Assembly: GCA_016721435.1 (NCBI GenBank)
Contig: JADKIC010000011.1
Location: forward strand, 13,446 to 77,445
Reading direction: 5' to 3'
Origin: Bacteroidota bacterium
Lineage (GTDB): Bacteria; Bacteroidota; Bacteroidia; AKYH767-A; OLB10
DNA: 64,000 bases
The position numbers and the translations under genes are program-made. The notes below the pieces were generated by a model that searched no databases, had not been told where the DNA came from, and worked only from the letters and a program-made list of their open reading frames with translations. This document shows positions 59,265 to 64,000 of the stretch, one piece after another (position 1 is the first letter of the stretch; each line of letters begins with the position of its first letter).

Positions 59265-60704
59265 TTAAAATTTAACTAACTTAGACGAAACACTTTCCGA
59301 ATCAGTAATAAGATTGACCAGATAAACTCCATTCGCCACCGCATTCATCGGTATCTCTCCCGTCACATACCCTCCACTTATCACCTCCACTTTCTTCTCA
59401 AACACCAACCTTCCTTCCATATCAAACAACCGCAAACTCCCCGTTCTTCCTTTGAGTTTGGAGGCATTGACATGAATCATATTCCACTCACTATTGTACC
59501 AGGCTTGAAAGAACACCTCCTGCTCCGGTACATTATCATCCACCCCACACTCAGCGTATCACAAGGCGAGCCCACCCATGCGCCGAGCTCGTAATCGGGA
59601 TTGTTGGGGAGGCCAACAGGTTCTGCACCACCAGGTAAAAACTAAACGGTTGAAAATCGCAGGCGAGACCGAGTGAATCGGGTTGATTGATGACGCTGAG
59701 GTTGAGTTGATGGTAGTAAATGCTGCACCAGTATCTGGATATGGCCAGGAATAGTTTATCAATGGAAAGTAAATTTTTTCCATCGGGGCTAATTAGAATG
59801 GAATGCGCCCATACAAAAACTCCCACATAAATTTGCTGCTGCAATATTTGTTGCTATTAAATCATATTGCCAAAGTTGCAGTTGGTGATTGAGGCTTCAT
59901 AAATACTTAGTCATCCTTGGGTGAGGCCAGCTTGATGACTATTAATGGGAATGGCCCCGGTCCTGTTCTGCTGCAGGTGTAGAAGTAATTGTTCCTGTGC
60001 ATCGGTCAAAATCGTATAGTTGAATTTGCCTTCCATGATACTTGGGCGAATTTACCTTTATTGAAAATCAAATGCCCTCCACCCGTTTTGATCCAATCCA
60101 ATATTTTCAATAAATGGACCCTATATACCTTGTCCATTTACAAAATAAATATAAAAATTGTTAAGGGAGTACCGTTTGTATATCTTTGAAAAACACCCAC
60201 CAGTCCCTACCATTCCCATGGCACCCCATTAAAGCATCGAATGCTGGTAGATTATTCACATCACATTTTTTGACAACAAGCGCTGTCATTATTGGCTTTG
60301 TAGTTATAGTTGTATAAATAGACCGTAGGGGCTACTTATGACACCTGTCGTAAACAAATAAATCAAGGAATCAGAACCTGGAACTGGCAAAAACAATCCG
60401 GCATGATACCATGAGTTCCCTTAATTAAATTTTAACAGGTTCATGATATTTATTCCATATATATCCATTTATCGCAAAAATTGTTTAGTAAAGTGAATAA
60501 AGTAAATCCTGACGAATCACTGATGTTTGTTACTTCCGTTTCTCCAATTAACTTGTGAACTGAAATCAGCAGGGATTTAGAACACCTTGCCAATTTATAG
60601 CCTATCACCAAAAACCCAATATTGTTATTAAACTGAGCGAATGTCTTCCCACCCCCAACAACCGCAGTCATCAACAACAAAGCGCAAAAGAATTTTTTCA
60701 TCAC
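59265..60704 (-). pseudogene. Fragmented T9SS cargo gene. It has an N-terminal signal-peptide ORF (60450-60704), about 900 bp with no long ORF, and a well-preserved T9SS C-terminal domain ORF (59265-59543). It is either a decayed pseudogene or a gene riddled with frameshift errors.
   Basis: The CTD reads WNMIHVNASKLKGRTGSLRLFDMEGRLVFEKKVEVISGG...NGVYLVNLITDSESVSSKLVKF. The N-terminal ORF starts MMKKFFCALLLMTAVVGGGKTFAQ. Both are on the minus strand and colinear. Confidence 0.35.
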
Positions 60705-60719
60705 ACTAAAATTACGGAA

Positions 60720-60925
60720 AAACTTTTGAAACCCACAATTTCAATAAAATTCTGATGGGCCGCAGATTTGTTAAGCTTGTCCTCCGAAGCTTACGCCGTC
60801 GCTAAAGCTTTGGCGCACACAGTCAGCGCAGGAGGAATTATTATGATCTGTTATGATAAACCCCTGCGATCCCCGCGCCTACCCAGCGTCCCCGCGGTTG
60901 GAAATAATCTATAGGTGGAGTATAA
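60720..60925. other. GC-rich roughly 200-bp non-coding segment immediately 5' of the minus-strand signal-peptide ORF. It may be a structured leader or ncRNA, or foreign-derived DNA.
   Basis: It contains ccgcagatttgttaagcttgtcctccgaagcttacgccgtcgctaaagctttggcgcacacagtcagcgcagg...ccctgcgatccccgcgcctacccagcgtccccgcggttgg, in strong compositional contrast to the flanking AT-rich DNA. Confidence 0.3.
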
Positions 60926-61531
60926 TTATTTGAACTTATCGAAAATTTTCCGAATTTCAATTTCAAACTGATCCAGTTTTTCTCCGGCGATGCCTGCTCC
61001 TGCTTCTACGGCTTTACCCAGATGTTCGGCTTCTTTTCCGATTTCGGAGGAGATGTTTTTCCAGCCGTCTTTGAGTTCCATTTTGCCGAGTGAAAATTGG
61101 ATTTTGAGCATGTCGAGGCGTATTCTCCAATCCATGAATTTTTGCTTCAACGCCTGCTCCATTTTGGGAAATTCAGGATGTTGCTCTAATTTCATTTTTA
61201 AAAGACTCCATTCAGCGGAAATTTTCTTTTTCTGCTCCTCAAAAGCTTCCATTCCTTCGGCCTTGCCCAGCGACAATTGCACGCGAAGCTCATCTATTTT
61301 CAATCGGATAGCATCGGCTTCTTCACGACTTCCTGCTTTCCATTCCTGTAAGGTTTTATCAATAGCGGTAAGCGTTTCATTGAAATCTGCTTTCAGTTCT
61401 TCAAAACGCTGTATCGCCTCTTCTTCAACAGGTGCCCATTTTGATTTAACATCTGCAAATTCTTCCTTGATTTTATTCACAAGGTTTTCAGCGATGGATT
61501 TAAATTCTGTAAAAAGGTTCTGAGTTTTCAT
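60926..61531 (-). CDS. Hypothetical all-helical, coiled-coil-like protein with an internal duplication. Function unknown.
   Basis: Highly charged heptad-like sequence. An internal repeat is seen (RLKIDELRVQLSLGKAEGME against RIRLDMLKIQFSLGKMELKD). Confidence 0.4.
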   Translation of the reverse strand: MKTQNLFTEFKSIAENLVNKIKEEFADVKSKWAPVEEEAIQRFEELKADFNETLTAIDKTLQEWKAGSREEADAIRLKIDELRVQLSLGKAEGMEAFEEQKKKISAEWSLLKMKLEQHPEFPKMEQALKQKFMDWRIRLDMLKIQFSLGKMELKDGWKNISSEIGKEAEHLGKAVEAGAGIAGEKLDQFEIEIRKIFDKFK

Positions 61532-61826
61532 GATTTCTTTTTTTCAAAAGTAAGAAGGAATTTAACCAAATATTGAGTGGAGTCAAATGAACGCTTGATT
61601 TTTCTCAATGTTAAGAAATTATGTTTGTCTGCAATTCCACTCTTCATTTGGTGACTTTGTTCGGATGCAATATATGTCCTCAGCCAGCGGATTAAATATG
61701 TTAATATTTTCCGGTTCTTTAAGGAAAATTGTTATTATTCCACGAAATTAGTACGCAGGCTTCTTCCAATTAAAGAAGAATATCATATGCATTCTCTTAC
61801 CTTTGCATCTATTCGTTTAAATCAGT

Positions 61827-62603
61827 ATGCCCCGACAACAAAACAAAGCATTTCGTGACTTCCTCGTAGAAGTTGGGGGCATTTCAGATTTTACTGCCAA
61901 ATTTTTCAGAGAAGGCTTTAAACCCCGCTACGAATGGAGTGAGCTCGTCCGTCAATGCTATATTATTGGCTATAAAACGCTGCCGCTGGTAGGGATCACC
62001 GCCTTTATCATGGGGTTGGTACTTACTGTTCAATCCCGACCCACCCTGGAGGAGTTTGGTGCCGAATCCTTCCTCCCTTCTATGGTGGCTTTGTCGGTGA
62101 TCAGGGAGATTGGTCCGGTGATTACTGCGCTGATTTGTGCAGGAAAAATCGGGTCCAGTATTGGTGCTGAATTGGGCTCGATGCGGGTAACAGAGCAAAT
62201 TGATGCCATGGAAGTCAGCGGAACGAATCCGTTTAAATACCTGGTGGTGACCAGAGTGGTGGCCTGTACCCTGATGCTGCCGATCCTGGTGGTAGTGGCT
62301 GATTTTATTTCCTTGTATGCTTCGTATATTGGTGTTAATTTTAAAGATGTGGTCAGTATTGATCTGTATTACAATAAAGTCTTTGACTCATTGGTTTATG
62401 GAGATGTATTGCCGGCCATCATAAAAACGTATTTCTTTGGATTTGCCATTGGTATCATTGGCTGTTACAAAGGATATTTCTCAAATAAAGGCACAGAGGG
62501 TGTTGGAATAGCGGCCAATTCGGCTGTGGTGGTTTCTTCTCTCGTTGTGTTTATTCTTGACCTCATCGCTGTACAGATAGCGGATATCATGGGTCTCACA
62601 TAG
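61827..62603 (+). CDS. mlaE: MlaE-family ABC transporter permease (lipid asymmetry maintenance).
   Basis: 258 aa and MlaE-like throughout (…QIDAMEVSGTNPFKYLVVTRVVA…). Confidence 0.85.
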   Translation: MPRQQNKAFRDFLVEVGGISDFTAKFFREGFKPRYEWSELVRQCYIIGYKTLPLVGITAFIMGLVLTVQSRPTLEEFGAESFLPSMVALSVIREIGPVITALICAGKIGSSIGAELGSMRVTEQIDAMEVSGTNPFKYLVVTRVVACTLMLPILVVVADFISLYASYIGVNFKDVVSIDLYYNKVFDSLVYGDVLPAIIKTYFFGFAIGIIGCYKGYFSNKGTEGVGIAANSAVVVSSLVVFILDLIAVQIADIMGLT

Positions 62604-62604
62604 G

Positions 62605-63379
62605 ATGGCTTTCGCAGAAGAACATATCGCTCCAAAACCTGTTCATCCTTCGAAGGAGGTGATGGTACATACCGGCAATCTGTATAAATCATTTGGCGAT
62701 AATCATGTCCTGAGGGATTCAACCTGGATTTGTACAAAGGAGAAAATCTGGTGGTACTGGGAAATCCGGATCAGGTAAATCCGTCCTTATCAAATGTATG
62801 GTTGGATTGCTTATTCCTGATAGCGGGCTGGTAGAAGTTTTTGGGAAGGACGTTCCTAAATTAGATCGGGATGAAATGGATCATATCCGTGTGAAAATTG
62901 GTTTTCTCTTTCAAAGTTCGGCATTGTATGATTCCATGACGGTGCGGGAGAACCTGGAGTTTCCTTTGCGCAGACACTGGATCACTAAAACCCGTGATGA
63001 GGTAAACGAGCTGGTGATGGAAGCCCTGGATAATGTGGGTCTTACCAATGCTGTTGATTTGATGCCCTCTGAGTTATCAGGAGGAATGCGGAAGAGAATC
63101 GGACTGGCAAGGACATTGATCCTCAAGCCGGATATTATCCTGTACGATGAACCAACTACTGGATTGGATCCCATCACAGGACGAGAAATCAGTAAATTAA
63201 TTGTTGACATTCAGCATAAATACAATACATCCTCTATAATCATCACCCACGATATGGGATGTGCCCGCATAGTTGCCAACCGTATCATGGTATTGGTGAA
63301 TGGAATTTGCTACGCAGAAGGTACCTTTGCAGAATTGGAAAAATCAAATGATCCGAATATTAAGCCTTTCTTTGAATAA
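62605..63379 (+). CDS. mlaF: MlaF-family ABC ATP-binding protein. The N-terminal region is broken by two 1-nt deletions in G and A runs (near 62714-62716 and 62762-62764).
   Basis: Following frame 1, then 3, then 2 restores …HVLRGFNLDLYKGENLVVLGKSGSGKSVLIKCMVGLL… (Walker A). The remainder has the signature LSGGMRKRIGLAR and Walker B ILYDEPTTGLD. Confidence 0.8.
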
Positions 63380-63381
63380 AT

Positions 63382-64000
63382 ATGGAAAAAGCCTCCAGTA
63401 AAATAAAACTCGGGATTTTTGTTCTTACAGGAACAATACTGCTCATCATCTCTTTGTATCTCATAGGTACTAAACAAAACCTCTTTAACAAAACTTTTTC
63501 AGTGTATGTGAAATTCCATAATGTGGGTGGATTGATTGCTGGAAATAACGTCCGTTTTGCAGGTATCGCTATAGGAACAGTGAAGGACGTTGAGATCGTC
63601 AATGATACGATAGTTCTTGTGGAGATGGTCATCCGGCAGGATGCTATGCGCTTTATCCGCAAAGCGTCGATGGCTGAAATTGGTTCAGATGGTCTGATGG
63701 GTAATCGCCTGATCAATCTCTCAACGCCGAATCCGAACTCTCCATTTATTGAGCCCGGGAGATACCATTGTCTCATTAACCGCGGTTGAAACCGATGAGA
63801 TGATGAGGACATTGAACAAGACCAATGAAAATGTATTGGTGATCTCCTCTGATTTGAGAAAAATCACCCGTAAGATTCATGACAGTAATCCCATGTGGGA
63901 CTTACTCGCCGATTCAATGGCCGCTGATAATATACGTCGCACCTTGCGCAATATTGAGTCTGCCTCTTCCAGAGCCGGGCAAATGACACTGGATGCAGAG
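63382..64000 (+). CDS. mlaD: MlaD/MCE-family protein. It has a frameshift near 63775, is 3'-partial and continues past the window edge.
   Basis: N-terminal TM plus MCE domain (KLGIFVLTGTILLIISLYLIG…YVKFHNVGGLIAGNNVRFAGIAIGTVKDVEIV). Protein-like sequence continues in another frame to position 64000. Confidence 0.65.

Overview
This window is a 64-kb, roughly 40% GC chromosomal segment that looks Bacteroidota-derived. At least six secreted proteins end in type IX secretion (T9SS/Por) C-terminal sorting domains, and Shine-Dalgarno signals are absent. I found no rRNA, tRNA, CRISPR array, transposase or integrase. Most of the content is housekeeping, envelope-biogenesis and secreted-enzyme genes. 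Reading start to end these are: a 5'-truncated IcmF-like methylmalonyl/isobutyryl-CoA mutase domain, two T9SS cargo proteins, a DUF1624 membrane protein, an archaeal-type ATPase, TrmH, TatD, TcdA, Tgt, an LptF/G permease and an MqnE/MqnC radical-SAM enzyme. Next come three M43 zinc-metalloprotease paralogs with T9SS C-terminal domains around an orphan OmpR-type response regulator. After those are a GNAT acetyltransferase, a roughly 925-aa AddB-like PD-(D/E)XK nuclease and a holin-like membrane protein. A VWA protein plus ChlI/BchI-like AAA+ ATPase pair, with a RavA-like GxxGxAK[ST] P-loop and an N-E Walker B, follows. Then come glutathione peroxidase, a two-component system divergent from a charged secreted protein, a membrane protein plus ABC ATPase, and divergent cyanophycinase/cyanophycin synthetase genes (cphB/cphA). 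Further on are DUF457, DUF5916, an outer-membrane beta-barrel, a TlpA-like thioredoxin, DUF4184, an OmpA/TPR/beta-propeller protein, QueE, FolD, Ffh and a cytochrome P460-like lipoprotein. The window ends with LptD, an amidase-SPOR fusion, MlaD, an HdrD/DsrMK-like Fe-S oxidoreductase pair, a coiled-coil protein and mlaEFD, which runs off the 3' edge. The most striking global feature is about 30 apparent frameshifts, almost all at short homopolymers, splitting conserved and often essential genes. I read this as sequencing or assembly error rather than real gene decay. Three local features go beyond that explanation. A 125-bp direct repeat brackets a 570-bp palindrome-rich insert at the 3' end of lptD. 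Stop-codon-rich tandem GAATTGA arrays sit immediately after two stop codons. The VWA plus atypical AAA+ module is a candidate regulated or conflict-type system.
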